Counted from the first letter of the stretch, positions 1 through 11,825 are shown. The stretch is DNA of 64,000 nucleotides from Piedraia hortae CBS 480.64 (GCA_010093745.1 MU006003.1:62001-126000); one strand, 5' to 3'. The notes: a model not told the origin generated them from the letters alone. Translations and numbers: made by a program.

Positions 1-1093
1 TGCAACCGATGTTATCGGTCACTGGGGGCCCGGCGTGGACGAAAGTTGGGATATCGAAAAGTTCAAGAAGAATCTATCAGTCGTTTTCCATGAGAAAAGA
101 CCCTACAACAATACTTTCTCTCTATTCGGCGTGGATGCATCAATTGCAAACGCCTTTCGACGGATAATGCTAGCAGAACTTCCCACTGTAGCAATTGAAA
201 TAGTCAACATCCTCGACAACACATCCGTCATTCATGATGAAGTCCTCTCACACCGTCTTGGCCTGATACCACTCACGGCCGGCACAGAGGGATTAAACTG
301 GCTAAAGTGGTACCGCAAACTGCCTCCCAAAGACGACTACGCAGCCCAAGCCAGTTGGCCGTACGATATCGATCTCACACCCAATCCTGATGGCGAGCCT
401 GATCCACACAATAACTTCAATACGCTTATCCTGGAGTTGAACGTGGAATGCCGCTGGGCAACCCAGGCCCAAGACGGACGTGACGGGAAAGCACTAGCCA
501 GAGCAGGTGAAAACGATCCCAAGATCCGCTACGTCAACAGCAGCGTCTACGCGCATCAACTCAAATTTCGCCCACAGCAAGGCCAAGAAGCTTACTTCTC
601 GGGTGACAACGTCCTCCGCCCCGTAAACCCAGATATCCTCATTGCCCGACTGAGCCCAGGCCAACGCATCCAATTACAATGTTTCTGCATCAAAGGCATA
701 GGATCTGATCACGCCAAATTCTCCCCCGTAGCCACGGCCACTTACCGTCTACTCCCCGACATCAAAATCACTGAGCCTATAACCGGCGCCGATGCCATCA
801 AATTCCAAAAATGTTTCCCGCGTGGTGTAATCAAGCTTGTGGATGGCCCGAACGGGACCAAGCAGGCTGAAGTCGATGATCCTATGAAAGACACCGTCTC
901 GCGCGAGTGTTTGAACCATTCCGAATTCGAAGGCAAAGTCCGCCTTGGTCGTATTAGGGATCACTTCATCTTCACCGTTGAGAGTACGGGTCAGTATACG
1001 AGCGAGGATCTGTTCCTCGATTCGGTACGTCTGTTGCGGCTAAAAGCACAGAAGTTTACGAATCATCTTGATGATCTCGAGGCGGGGGTTTAG
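1..1093 (+). CDS. RPC40: RNA polymerase I/III shared subunit AC40 (5' end outside window)
   Basis: Motifs GVDASIANAFRRIMLAELPTVAIE, HRLGLIP, KGIGSDHAKFSPVATATYRLLP, RDHFIFTVESTG. Frame is open to the window edge (ATDVIGHWGPG...). Confidence 0.95.
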   Translation, partial: ATDVIGHWGPGVDESWDIEKFKKNLSVVFHEKRPYNNTFSLFGVDASIANAFRRIMLAELPTVAIEIVNILDNTSVIHDEVLSHRLGLIPLTAGTEGLNWLKWYRKLPPKDDYAAQASWPYDIDLTPNPDGEPDPHNNFNTLILELNVECRWATQAQDGRDGKALARAGENDPKIRYVNSSVYAHQLKFRPQQGQEAYFSGDNVLRPVNPDILIARLSPGQRIQLQCFCIKGIGSDHAKFSPVATATYRLLPDIKITEPITGADAIKFQKCFPRGVIKLVDGPNGTKQAEVDDPMKDTVSRECLNHSEFEGKVRLGRIRDHFIFTVESTGQYTSEDLFLDSVRLLRLKAQKFTNHLDDLEAGV

Positions 1094-1264
1094 TATATTC
1101 CGATAGTTGGAGTTGGTGATTGATACCCTTTGTGTTTGTGTGCATCCGTGTGATCCTGGGCAACATACAAAGTTTCCCTTTTCGGAATACAGCAAGATCG
1201 AGTCAACTAAACGGGCAAACTATGGCAATCGTCTCGGCGTATCCGTCTATGTATCTACCGCGCA

Positions 1265-2314
1265 TCAATATCCCCGCCTACGGTCCACAACATTTAACAA
1301 CTTCTTTCCCTTCAAGTTCCTACCCAGGTTTTCCGTAAAGACCTGAAAAGCCCTGTCCATATAATCAACACCCGAGCCACTCACATGCGGGGTGACAATG
1401 ACATTGGGAAAATCCCAAAGCTCGCTATCCTTGGGCAGTGGTTCGGGCTCAGTAGTGTCCAATGCGGCGCCCGCCAACTGTCCATCTTTAAGCGCCTGGA
1501 CGAGGGCAGGCTGGTCAATGATAGGCCCACGCGCAATGTTTGTGACGAATGCACCCTTTAAAAGTTTGAACTCGGGCCCAGAGAGAAAATGGCGCGTCTC
1601 TTTAGTCAGCGGGACAGATATCACCAGCCAATCCAAGTTCTGAGACAGGAAATGTTGCAAACTTTGCTTGTCTAGGCCGCTGTACCATTTCGATGGAATG
1701 TTCCCATCGGGATCACCCGTCCCAGGGAGGATGAAGCCATGGTCTTTTTTCTTTCCATCGGTGTCTTTTTCAGTGGCAGTGAAGGCTAGGACATCCATCC
1801 CCATCGCTTTGGCAACTCTGCCGACTTGCCTCCCTATGCTTCCGTACCCGAGGATGCCTACTGTCTTTTTAACCATGTCCCGCACGTCAGTGAGACCGTT
1901 GCTGTTCCAGTCATGGTTCATTTGCCTCTCGTGCAGCAACTTGTATTTATGATAGTGGGCAAGTAGGGTCATAATGCACCACTCCGCTATCTGAGGACCA
2001 TGAATACCCGAACTCGTCGTCACAACGATGTCAGTTTTGGTGAAGATGGGCAGTTTCTGGACGTGGTCACTTCCTGCGCTTGCAAGATGAATCCATCTCA
2101 ATTTTGGCGCTTGGGATGGCTCTGGGAAAGTGAACAGTGTATAGAGAAAGGTGGTTCCATGCCAGGCAGATGGATGAAGGGTTTGAGAGCGTTGAATTTG
2201 TTTGTAGTGGAAGTCTACGGTGGGGAAGTGTCTGCGCAACGAGGAAAGAAGCGCTCGAGGCTCTGGAATGGGGAGGAGAATCAACACCTGTTCTTCAGCT
2301 GGACCGCCGCCCAT
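1265..2314 (-). CDS. D-isomer-specific 2-hydroxyacid dehydrogenase (NAD-binding)
   Basis: GILGYGSIG Rossmann motif, TNIARG, AALD, EPLP, TPH. First ATG at 2314 (MGGGPAEE). Confidence 0.9.
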   Translation of the reverse strand: MGGGPAEEQVLILLPIPEPRALLSSLRRHFPTVDFHYKQIQRSQTLHPSAWHGTTFLYTLFTFPEPSQAPKLRWIHLASAGSDHVQKLPIFTKTDIVVTTSSGIHGPQIAEWCIMTLLAHYHKYKLLHERQMNHDWNSNGLTDVRDMVKKTVGILGYGSIGRQVGRVAKAMGMDVLAFTATEKDTDGKKKDHGFILPGTGDPDGNIPSKWYSGLDKQSLQHFLSQNLDWLVISVPLTKETRHFLSGPEFKLLKGAFVTNIARGPIIDQPALVQALKDGQLAGAALDTTEPEPLPKDSELWDFPNVIVTPHVSGSGVDYMDRAFQVFTENLGRNLKGKKLLNVVDRRRGY

Positions 2315-2437
2315 TGTCGATCGTGTCCGTGACGTCTTTACGTGCGGGGCTATCGTAGACCCCACCACGTTAGGGTTGGAATTTCGGAAGCACTGAAAGC
2401 GCTTGATGATCAGATTGCAGGCATGACAGGGTGACCA

Positions 2438-3733
2438 TCAGATTGCGAGCGTAGAAACCTTGTCCGGAACCGTGGCCGGTCCAGAGTCACGGGATACATC
2501 TGGCGGCATTTCGAGATCGGCCATTTCTGCATTTCGTTTGATACCGGCCACAGTCTTTTGCATCTCCTCCGACTGTGCCCTCACCTCCTCGGATACGGGT
2601 GAAGCATCGGCTTTCAGAGCCGCTCGACGCTCTGCCTTAGTCATCTTGGGTTTCTCGTAGATGCCAATTTCCAGAAGCCTGTCAACCGCAGCGGCTGTTG
2701 TCACAAAGGTCTCGTCGTAGCCAAGAGCCTTGACGAGCTCACTGTAACTCCTGCTGTGGGTCATACTACGATACTCATCTGCCTTGCCGGGAATCATCTG
2801 TCCAAGTAGAAACTTCGTGTTCCCCCAACGGTTTTCTACTCTCATGGCCGTGGATATGTATTCTTTGACGACGTCTTGCCACGGGAGGAGGCCACCTTCT
2901 GATGCTTTGCGGAAGCAGGACGGATTGGTTTCGGCGGCTGTGGCAATCATGGCCCCGTCACACTCGTACTCTTCGATCAAACGCTCCGCCTCATCTCGCG
3001 ACGCAACGTCGCCGTTCATTAGACATGCAACCCCAGCTTCGCGGCAGACTCTGGCAATCATTTTCAGTTGATCGCGAATTGCCCGTTCCCGAGGCCTCAT
3101 AGGCGTCGTTCGGCAGTGTACCGTCAGTCCAGTGATGCCTGTTGCAACTAATTTTTTCACCAGTTCTTCAGTCTGCTCTTCAGTTTCCAGTATGCGGATT
3201 TTCACACTTATGCCAATCTCATGTGGTCGGCCAACCTCTTCGACGAGTGAACGGAGAATGTTGCATAACTTGTCTGGGGTCTTTAGCAATGCCGCGCCCA
3301 TGCCGCCGCTGGTACTGAATGGTTTGGGGCATCCCGCGTTGACATCGATACCGGCCACATCGGGTGCAATAAGCCCGGCAGCTTCTACTGCTGTTGCCGG
3401 ATTAGAAGTTCCAATTTGATAGATGAGCCTGCCACCCTCAGTTTCCGGGTGAATTCTGAAAATGACGCTCTCCCTTTGCTCGCCCTTTAGACTGGGGTTT
3501 TTGGCACCGTTGGATGAGAGCCTTGTAAAATCAATGGTTTTGGTCCGCGGATTTTCTCTCCGAGTCGTCCCTATCAGCGCCTTATCAATGGTTTCTGGAC
3601 CCCAAACAAGATCCGCTCCAAATTTTAGCGACAGCATACGACTGGGACACTCGCCGCTCCGCACCATGGGTGCCAGAACTACTTTGCTCCGATAATCAAC
3701 TCCATTTTTGGGAATGGGGACGCGTGAAGACAT
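2438..3733 (-). CDS. DUS2: tRNA-dihydrouridine synthase, Dus2/Smm1-like
   Basis: LAPMVR, IDVNAGCPK, GMGAALL, SVKIR, LTVHCRT, NGDV motifs. ATG 3733 preferred; ATG 3763 also possible. Confidence 0.88.
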   Translation of the reverse strand: MSSRVPIPKNGVDYRSKVVLAPMVRSGECPSRMLSLKFGADLVWGPETIDKALIGTTRRENPRTKTIDFTRLSSNGAKNPSLKGEQRESVIFRIHPETEGGRLIYQIGTSNPATAVEAAGLIAPDVAGIDVNAGCPKPFSTSGGMGAALLKTPDKLCNILRSLVEEVGRPHEIGISVKIRILETEEQTEELVKKLVATGITGLTVHCRTTPMRPRERAIRDQLKMIARVCREAGVACLMNGDVASRDEAERLIEEYECDGAMIATAAETNPSCFRKASEGGLLPWQDVVKEYISTAMRVENRWGNTKFLLGQMIPGKADEYRSMTHSRSYSELVKALGYDETFVTTAAAVDRLLEIGIYEKPKMTKAERRAALKADASPVSEEVRAQSEEMQKTVAGIKRNAEMADLEMPPDVSRDSGPATVPDKVSTLAI

Positions 3734-5547
3734 GACTTTCGTTAAGACTTTTTTGATAATCATGTGTTGTTGAACGCCAACCCCGTTAGGTTCGCCCGTC
3801 ACATGTCACCTCTTACACCGCCTGAAACTTTGCGACGCAAAGCGGTGAAGAGACAGCAGCTCAAGGTCTTATGTGCCTTAGTAACAATGGCGTAAAATAT
3901 GCGGCTTGCAACTTACCTTTTGTGTTGAGATGACTTTGCAAGTTTGGAGAGATACTCGAATTAACTACCATATGTATCAGCATGATAACTAGCATTGATG
4001 AGCTTCTAAAGTCCCCGTGCCAGATAGGATCCAGTTGGTGATACAGATCCGGAGCCCAGAATTGCTATAATCTTAAGCAGCTTGAAAGAGAGAAGTTGTA
4101 TGTTTTACATATCACCATGTAGCACCGATCAGTGGTTCAAGCTTGGAAGCTCCCTTTAGAGGGGTTTGGAATGTTCCATCATGTTCGCCCAAGGCGGAAT
4201 ATTTCTTAGATGAACCGTACTAACGGATAGATTCCATACTTGGGCAAGCAACTCAAAGGAATTCACTAACTCAACAAGGGTGGACAAGAAAACAGACTGC
4301 AGACATAATTAATGCAAGCGGCGACTACATTTGCTTGGGTTGCGCAAGCCATTTATCTTCCTCGAATCCGACAACCCAGCCATTGGCCTAGTGACGTTCA
4401 TCATTGGCGTTGGCATGAGCGAAGCGAGAGGGACAACATGTGAAAAAGGCAGGCCAGCTGTGCAGGCCCACTTCAGTGGCAGCTCGCTCTGCATCGTATT
4501 TTCGAATTAAAGGAGACTTCCCCGGACAAATTACGTTTTCTGCTAATATTCCTGTTAATAGGAAGGTAGCTGTTATCGAGCCATGCGACGTGAATCATGA
4601 TCGTTAATTACTGCAAATGGTGAATCAAGGTTATGGTCCTATCTGGCAAAAGTAATTGATGCACACTGTGTAGGAATTGGGTTGATTGGGTTGAGTCCCA
4701 TGGGCTAGAGCCGAGCTTTACAAAGTGAAGTTGCCATTTGCTTTTTTCCGACGCCACGCGGAGCAAGGTGGGCGTTGACGCTAAACCACTTTGAATCATC
4801 TGGGACGGCACTACCAACATCAGATCAGATTGACCAGGAACAACAAAGATGGTGGAGAGTCTTGTTCGCAACTGCATTTGCTGGCCCACTACTCATGTTG
4901 TCGTTGGTGCAGGCATCGTTGAAGCTAAACAGCAAAGGAACATGTGCCTCAAGGAAAGTAGTGTGATTGCAAAGCAAGACAAGGGTTTGCATTCCCCGGG
5001 AGGAAGACGCTAGGCAGGCGTTTGCATCTGCCCTGCGCACTCGCAACATTGCATGCGAGATTTCAACGAGAGGTCAGCCGTTGCAGGCCACGTGAAAGGG
5101 CGTCCCATTATGTGACAGTTTCCCCATAGCAGCGTATAGAATTGCCACAACCACATGCTCATGGCGGCCCAGAAAAGGCAACCATGACGGGTTGCGGGAT
5201 GCTTCCGCTTGATATTCGGGTTTACCCTCTTACTCGAGTCTTTGAACCTTCTTCCTTTTCCCAAACATCTTCTTTGCAACATCTCGACTGCATCAGCGGA
5301 CGCAGGCGCGGGGGTAGTATTTGATTTAATCACCCCCCATCTTCCTTCATTCACCGTGTGCTGGTATAACCTCGAATCTGTCTGATTCTTTTGGCGCGGC
5401 TGTTTGCCTTGTGCCTCGTTACTGCTCTGCCACTTGCATCGTACAGCCGTTGGAGCGGCGTTGCACGCGACTGCCACGACTACAACGACTACAACGACTC
5501 CAATACGTCGCCGTCAGTGACGGGCAGCGTTCAGCTCCCCCGCATAG

Positions 5548-8500
5548 ATGATGGGATTCCAGGCTGTCAACGCACCGCCCTTGGCCGCCACCGCTGCCCA
5601 TGCCCAAAATGGCGCGCCGCCGGCCGAGCCCGAGCCATGCGCCACCGATATTAACACCCCTTCCCGTGGACCTTCTGCGGACAAGTCTAACGGTATGGAA
5701 GCAGCTCCGGCCGTCGACGTATCCACGTACGGCACCCGTTCGCGAACGCGTGGGGCTGCCCGTCCAAATTATGCCGAGGACGCAGACACCGAAGTAGATG
5801 TGTCGACAGTAAAGACCTCTACTCCAGTTGCTACGCCTGCTGCCAAAACCGCTATCCCTGTGTCCAAAAAGAAGGCCGCTCGCGACTCACTCATGGGTCC
5901 TGATGCAACGCAGGCTGGAGCCTCGCATGCCAAAGAAGCCACCACCACAGCTCCAACCAGAAAACGCAAGGCAGCGAGCACCACCCAGTCAGCTGCTGCC
6001 ACTCCTGCGCCTAGCGTCTCCTCGGCGTCGGTACGCAAGACGGCTGCACGTCATTCCAGCATCATGACCTTTAGCAACTGTAACAACTGCCTGAATGAGA
6101 AGGGCGAGTTGGTTGCCGATGATGGCACCAGGCTGGGCGTCAACGACAACGTTTACCTAGTGGCAGAGCCCCCGAGCGAGCCTTACTATATATGCCGCAT
6201 CATGCAGTTCCTCCATTCGAATGCCGGCGATGTCGAGTCTCCTGTCGATTGGATCCTAGTCAACTGGTGGTATCGACCCCAAGACTGTCAACGGTTCAAC
6301 TCGGATACTCGCATGCTCTATGCCACCATGCAGTCCGAGGAGTGCCCGCTTAGCACACTACGTGGAAAGTGCACTGTCAAGCATAGAAGTGAGATTACGT
6401 CTCTCGAAGACTATCGCAGACAAAATGACTGCTTTTACTTTTCACAGTTTTTTGATCGCTTCATTAGACGGTCGTACGAATGTATACCGGTTGATACGAT
6501 TGTGAATGTCCAAGATGCCGTAAAGAAGGCGCTTAATGACCGGTACAAGTACGTGGTCGTGGAGACGGGGCGCGTAAAAGAGCTCACCAGCGCTGTCAAG
6601 ACATGCAAGTCATGCACAAAGTACTGCGCTTCGGATGAGTCTGTCGACTGTGCTATCTGCCATAACTCTTACCACATGAACTGTGTCGATCCCCCATTAC
6701 CTAGAAAGCCAACCCGTGGTTTTGCCTGGGCGTGTGCACCATGCAGCCGAGCCTCTGATCAACAAGACGGAGCCAAACCTTGGGCTGACAGCCTTTCAGA
6801 AGAAGGCCATGTTTCTGACGAACCAGTGGCAGAGAACAAGGTCGCAAATGCACCAGGCACTTCTACGGAGCCTGCTGTTGAGACGCCCATGAAACAATCA
6901 GAGGCACTAAAAGTAAATCGATGGCAAATGCGCTATTTTGGCATACATGCGCGGCCAGAAGACGCGTTTTATGACGACTCCATATACCCGCGTGCCAGTT
7001 CGCGCATCGGTCCCCGTCATCAGGCCAACGTGCCCGCCTGGCAGGGGCATCCCGCGGATCCTGCCAAACCTTCGGACACCAAAAAGCGTACTGTCAAAGG
7101 CGGGGCCGGCGTCAAGGGAAATGGCAAAGCAGCGAAAGATGGCCAAGCAGGTGCAGACACGGAGCGAGGCAAAGGAAAGCGTCATAAAAAGTCTATGGGT
7201 GAGATTGCTGAACATTTGGTACGCGGTGAAGATTATCCAAATGATGACGAGAGAAGCACCTCAAAACTTCTTTTCAAAATGCCTGATTTAGGGAGTTCCC
7301 GCGCGGACAATGAGGCCTTCATCGACGACTACATGAATAGCACCGAAGGCTACGCGAAACGAATTGGAGTACCACCCTTTGGTGCCAATTTCCTAGACAA
7401 GGCGCTCGAGCTGCTTAAAGATTCTAATTATGTCAAAGACGCAGCGCTGGAAAAACTTGCAAAAGTTGACCGGAGGAAAGACCTGCACGAGCCGCTCTTA
7501 TCAAAGCATGAGCTCATTAAGTTCGAGGAAGGAGTCGCAAAGTTTGGGTCTGAACACCGACTTGTCCGTCTGCATATGAGAAGCAGCCTTCCGCACGCCG
7601 ACATTGTGCGCTTCTACTACCTGTGGAAGAAGACTCCCAAAGGAAGGGAGATCTGGGGCAAATTCAGCGGCCGTAAAGGCTCTAAGCATACGGCAGACAA
7701 AGGAGCCGCAAAACGCGTTCAGGACGAATTGGGTGACGACCAGGACGATTCTGCGTTTGACAACGACAAGGCGCAGAAACAGCGTCGGGGCTTTGTGTGC
7801 AAGTTCTGCAATGCACTAGCGTCTCCACAGTGGAGGCGGGCACCCGGCATCTCGCAAGGTCAAACTGCGATGGTGGACGTGAACCAAGCGACCAAGGAAA
7901 AGGAGAAGCGCGAGAAGCGCGTGATTGCTCTATGTTTGAGCTGTGCTAACCTTTGGCGCAAATATGCCGTTCAATGGGAAGAGCCCGAGGATCTACTAAA
8001 GAAGGCTGTACCGGGCAACAAGGGCCTTCAGAGGCGCAAGGCCGAAGAGATCGCAATTCAGCATGACTTAAATGCGGAACTGACAGCTCTGCCATCTATC
8101 GAGCATGGTCATGAACCTCCCAAGAAGAAGGCAAAGTCTGGTGCAGCGGATAAGATAAAGTCGTCAACAACGGCCCACGGTAATGCGCCTCTATCTCCAG
8201 TCATGCCAACCAGGCCGACTTGGAAACAGCTACCCTGTGCTGTTTGCAAAGTAACTGGCGAGACGGTCGAATGCTGCCATTGTAAGCTCACCGTTCATAA
8301 GCAGTGCTTTGGTCTGTCAGATCTAGACGAGCTGGATAATGATTGGACGTGTGAGCAATGCCAGAACGATGCCCATCCTGAGGTGTCGACCGACTACTCT
8401 TGCTGCTTGTGTCTGACGGAAAGGACTCACATTGAGCTTGTTGATCTTCCCAAAGTCTCTCATAAAAAGAAGAACGAGCGGGAGCGTGAAAAGGAGCGAC

Positions 8501-10068
8501 TGGAGAAGGAACTGGCTGACGGGATGCGCGCCGAATATTGCAACAAGCAAAGCAGCATGAATCGCCCCGAGCAGCCGCGAGAGCCGCTGAAGAGGACGAT
8601 TGGAAATAATTGGGTGCACGTGCATTGTGCCGTTTGGACGCCTGAAATTCGTTTTAGCAATGCCCAAAAGCTGGAACTTGCCGAAGGCTTTCAGTTCATT
8701 CCATCCAGTAGGTTTGAGGTCGTCTGCAAGCTCTGCAAAAACAAAGACCACGACGGCAAGACACGCGAGAACGCTGGAGCCTGCGTCTCGTGCCACCAAT
8801 GCCACGCAAATTTTCATGTTTCGTGTGCGCTGGAAGCAGGCTGCCAATTAGGCTTCGACGTCACGCCAGTTAAAAACTCCCGAAGAGATCAGATCAAGAC
8901 GGTGACCATTGGGTCAGAGAGCGGGACCGTGACGGCTGCCATCTGGTGCAAAGACCACGTCATCAAGTCGATGGTCCATCCGATCAACGAACTGGTCGAT
9001 GACACTGGTCGCACGGCTATTCAAGTTTTTACTGAAAACTTCAAGCAAGCCGACCTCACTCTGACCGGCACAGCTCGCAAGGCAAATCTTGCACAGCAGA
9101 TGGCCAAAGAGAAAGCGCAGCCCGCTTCGACGGCAGTCCCGAGCTTGCGGCGTGGATCGATTGCCAATGTAGTCGGTACCACCGCCCGCCGCGGCCGCGC
9201 TCCTTCGAATGCAGATGCCAGACCAGACGAACCTGTGATGGCACCGCCCGAGCTGACGGAGCATCGCTGCGTCCAGTGTGACATCGACGTCTCTCCGCGG
9301 TGGCATCCTGCACCAGCGCCTCCAGTCACAAATGGAGAGTCTTCTTCGCACCAGAACGGAACGACATATGGAGCATCTGCCTTGGTTTGCCACAAGTGCT
9401 TCGTCTTGCACAAGCTCGACCCACAACCAAACTCCCCGCGGCGTCAGACTGCCCTGAGCTCTCCGAGCAAGGCACGGGTTGCCGACCGCATCCTTTCGAC
9501 CAACGCTGTCAGGATCGAGGCAGATGGCACTGTCAGGATGCCCCAAGACTGCCCATCACTTGTGCGACGTCACGATGCCATTCATCCGACCAACGGCGTG
9601 GGTTCAGTGCCGCCGTATGGGCATGCGATGGGATATCCTTATGGTACCTCTTTTCCGCGCATGCCTACGTATGGCCCGCCGGGCCCTCATGGTCATCAGG
9701 CATCGTCGGGCGCGCCTATCTTTGCCCACCAGCCGGGCGTGTCGTCGCTGCCAGGAGGCTATGGTACGCCTAGTCACTCCAACGGAATGCGTCTGCCAAA
9801 CCCAGGCCCACCGCAGCACCCTCCATATGCGCAAGGATACCCAACATCCCCCTTTCCTGCGCAACTTCCGCCCATCCCCCAACCATTGCGCACTTACCCT
9901 CCACCGCCTGAATCTTCCTACCCTCCGCCTCCCGAGCAACCATCACATGGGCTGTCCAATGAAGGTCAAGGCCCCTCAAACCTACCGTATTATGAAAGCC
10001 AACGCAATGGTACACCAGGCATGAGCGGGGCCAGTGCGAGCCCCAGCCTCAAGAACCTGTTGTCTTAG
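5548..10068 (+). CDS. SNT2: Snt2-like chromatin/E3 ligase protein (BAH, PHD, ELM2-SANT, GATA-like, PHD fingers)
   Basis: BAH (VYLVAEPPSEPYYICRIMQF), PHD (CAICHNSYHMNCVDPPL..KPTRGFAWACAPC), SSRIGPRHQA, SANT (IVRFYYLWKK), GATA-like CKFC..SPQWRR..CLSC and further PHD fingers. Start codon uncertain. Confidence 0.92.
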   Translation: MMGFQAVNAPPLAATAAHAQNGAPPAEPEPCATDINTPSRGPSADKSNGMEAAPAVDVSTYGTRSRTRGAARPNYAEDADTEVDVSTVKTSTPVATPAAKTAIPVSKKKAARDSLMGPDATQAGASHAKEATTTAPTRKRKAASTTQSAAATPAPSVSSASVRKTAARHSSIMTFSNCNNCLNEKGELVADDGTRLGVNDNVYLVAEPPSEPYYICRIMQFLHSNAGDVESPVDWILVNWWYRPQDCQRFNSDTRMLYATMQSEECPLSTLRGKCTVKHRSEITSLEDYRRQNDCFYFSQFFDRFIRRSYECIPVDTIVNVQDAVKKALNDRYKYVVVETGRVKELTSAVKTCKSCTKYCASDESVDCAICHNSYHMNCVDPPLPRKPTRGFAWACAPCSRASDQQDGAKPWADSLSEEGHVSDEPVAENKVANAPGTSTEPAVETPMKQSEALKVNRWQMRYFGIHARPEDAFYDDSIYPRASSRIGPRHQANVPAWQGHPADPAKPSDTKKRTVKGGAGVKGNGKAAKDGQAGADTERGKGKRHKKSMGEIAEHLVRGEDYPNDDERSTSKLLFKMPDLGSSRADNEAFIDDYMNSTEGYAKRIGVPPFGANFLDKALELLKDSNYVKDAALEKLAKVDRRKDLHEPLLSKHELIKFEEGVAKFGSEHRLVRLHMRSSLPHADIVRFYYLWKKTPKGREIWGKFSGRKGSKHTADKGAAKRVQDELGDDQDDSAFDNDKAQKQRRGFVCKFCNALASPQWRRAPGISQGQTAMVDVNQATKEKEKREKRVIALCLSCANLWRKYAVQWEEPEDLLKKAVPGNKGLQRRKAEEIAIQHDLNAELTALPSIEHGHEPPKKKAKSGAADKIKSSTTAHGNAPLSPVMPTRPTWKQLPCAVCKVTGETVECCHCKLTVHKQCFGLSDLDELDNDWTCEQCQNDAHPEVSTDYSCCLCLTERTHIELVDLPKVSHKKKNEREREKERLEKELADGMRAEYCNKQSSMNRPEQPREPLKRTIGNNWVHVHCAVWTPEIRFSNAQKLELAEGFQFIPSSRFEVVCKLCKNKDHDGKTRENAGACVSCHQCHANFHVSCALEAGCQLGFDVTPVKNSRRDQIKTVTIGSESGTVTAAIWCKDHVIKSMVHPINELVDDTGRTAIQVFTENFKQADLTLTGTARKANLAQQMAKEKAQPASTAVPSLRRGSIANVVGTTARRGRAPSNADARPDEPVMAPPELTEHRCVQCDIDVSPRWHPAPAPPVTNGESSSHQNGTTYGASALVCHKCFVLHKLDPQPNSPRRQTALSSPSKARVADRILSTNAVRIEADGTVRMPQDCPSLVRRHDAIHPTNGVGSVPPYGHAMGYPYGTSFPRMPTYGPPGPHGHQASSGAPIFAHQPGVSSLPGGYGTPSHSNGMRLPNPGPPQHPPYAQGYPTSPFPAQLPPIPQPLRTYPPPPESSYPPPPEQPSHGLSNEGQGPSNLPYYESQRNGTPGMSGASASPSLKNLLS

Positions 10069-10419
10069 TTGGCTCAAGGATCAGGATTGGCCTAAAAGTT
10101 CTGGAATAAGAAGCAAAAGTAGGAAATGCTGCGATTGTATGAGTAGGCCCTTTGGACGAGGCAATGGTTTACAGGGGTACAAGGGCAACGGGCTTTCACA
10201 GCTCGTTGGGATGTATAATTGTAGACAAGTGCGTTTGATTTATAGACTTTTCTCACAATCCTGGCGGCGGTGGAGCTGCCAAGAGCTGGCCGCCAAGACT
10301 TTTGGCCATCTCTCATGTGGCGCGCTCAGACTTTTGACCTTGCACTGATCCAACAACGCGTTTTGACAAATGCCACGGCACACCATTTTGGCACGACAGC
10401 TCGACAGCCAATAAAGATT

Positions 10420-11825
10420 ATGGGAAAAGTACAAAATCCAGCCCCACTACAGCAAAGCTGACATGACAGGGATACCCCGAAGAAAGCAAAGTGCGCGTGC
10501 GCGCTCTACTGGAGGCCGGCAAGGACGAACCATTCATCGAAAAGGAAACAGGCGTGAGTGACCGCACCATTCGACGATGGAAGCTGGAGCTGGAGCGCAC
10601 CGGTCGCATCGGAAAACCGCCCGAGAGCAGAACGGGCCGCCATCGCGTGCTGAAGCCGGACATGGTTGAGGCGCTAATTAACCATGTCAAAGACAAGCCT
10701 GAGATGACGGTCGACGAGATGCTCTGGTGGCTCTGGCAAACATACGGTATCGTGGTCGGCACGCGCACCATTCGGCGCGTGTTTGAGCGTCATGGCCAAG
10801 CGTCCAAGAGCAAAGGCGATGCGCCCGCTGAGCCGTCGCACGAGGCAGAGGTACCGCAGAACAACGGACTGCAGCCGCAACCCTTTGCGTCATCTTATCC
10901 TTCCCCCATGCCACCTGCGCCAAGTGAGGAACAGCAGATGGCCCAAGCCCTGGTGCAGCCGCCAGAGTTTCCAGTGCTCGACAGCATGGGAGGCGAGGGT
11001 TTGCCGGATGACGACCAGGAAACACTCCAACTGGAGCTGCGCCGTCTCGAGCTTGAGAAGCGGTCGGTTGAGCTCCGACTAAAGCTTCGACGCCTGCATC
11101 AGGGTAAGGCTGACAGCGTCAAATCCAGCTCGTCCGAGGCGCCGAGCCCTCTTTATAACCCTGTTGCCGCAGCTCAGATGTCTGTGGGAGTGAAGCGGGA
11201 CTCCCGGAGCAAGAAGAAAATTGAAGAGACCAAGCGACGAACTGCAGAGAGGCAAGAGCGCATGCTGCGCGATCTTGAGCGGCGTAGCCGTCGACGAGAC
11301 CATTTGACAGCTGAATGGGTGCAGAGCAAGGATATTTGGCCTCTTCGTGCACAGCGGCTACTTGCTGAGCTGATGCACCAGTACGGCTGCTATGCATACA
11401 CGCAGGACAACAACACCGTGTTTGAGCTCATATATCGCGAGCTTTATGCACTTGTAGACCTCGCTAAAGGCGACTGGAATCCTCAGGTGCACGGCGAGAT
11501 GTTGCGGGAACGAATGAAGCGCAAGATGGCACAGCTTCGAGGCAAGATGCTAAAGACCGGCGAGATTTTCCCTCGTCAAGACCGCTACGACAGCTGGGAG
11601 CGGACGCCTAACTTTGCAGGTGAGACGGCCGGCATCACTGTGGGTGATGAGGCCGAACTCGACCAATCGCTGCATACATCTGAAATCCCCGACCTGCAAC
11701 AAACGCCACGCCACGATGAGCTGCAGTTCCAACCTGTCATGCATCACTCGCCGACGTCACAGTATCCGATGGTGCCTCAGGTCCATCATCCTAATATGCT
11801 GCCTTATGGTGATATGAATGCGTGA
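10420..11825 (+). CDS. Protein with N-terminal Tc1/IS630-like double HTH, coiled coil, no DDE domain
   Basis: Exon 1 ATG GGA AAA (10420-10428), intron 10429-10469 (GTACAA..GCTGAC..CAG), exon 2 10470-11825. Gives MGKGYPEESKVRV...GVSDRTIRRW...GRHRVL...PEMTVDEMLWWL..YGIVVGTRTIRRVF. Confidence 0.75.

Noticed and set aside
3803..5547. 1.7-kb gap with short ORFs (for example WWRVLFATAFAGP), an intron-like ACTAAC..TAG and a short ACGACTACA tandem
   Set aside because: No recognisable family in the frames I read. May be decayed coding DNA or the SNT2 promoter/leader; unsupported.
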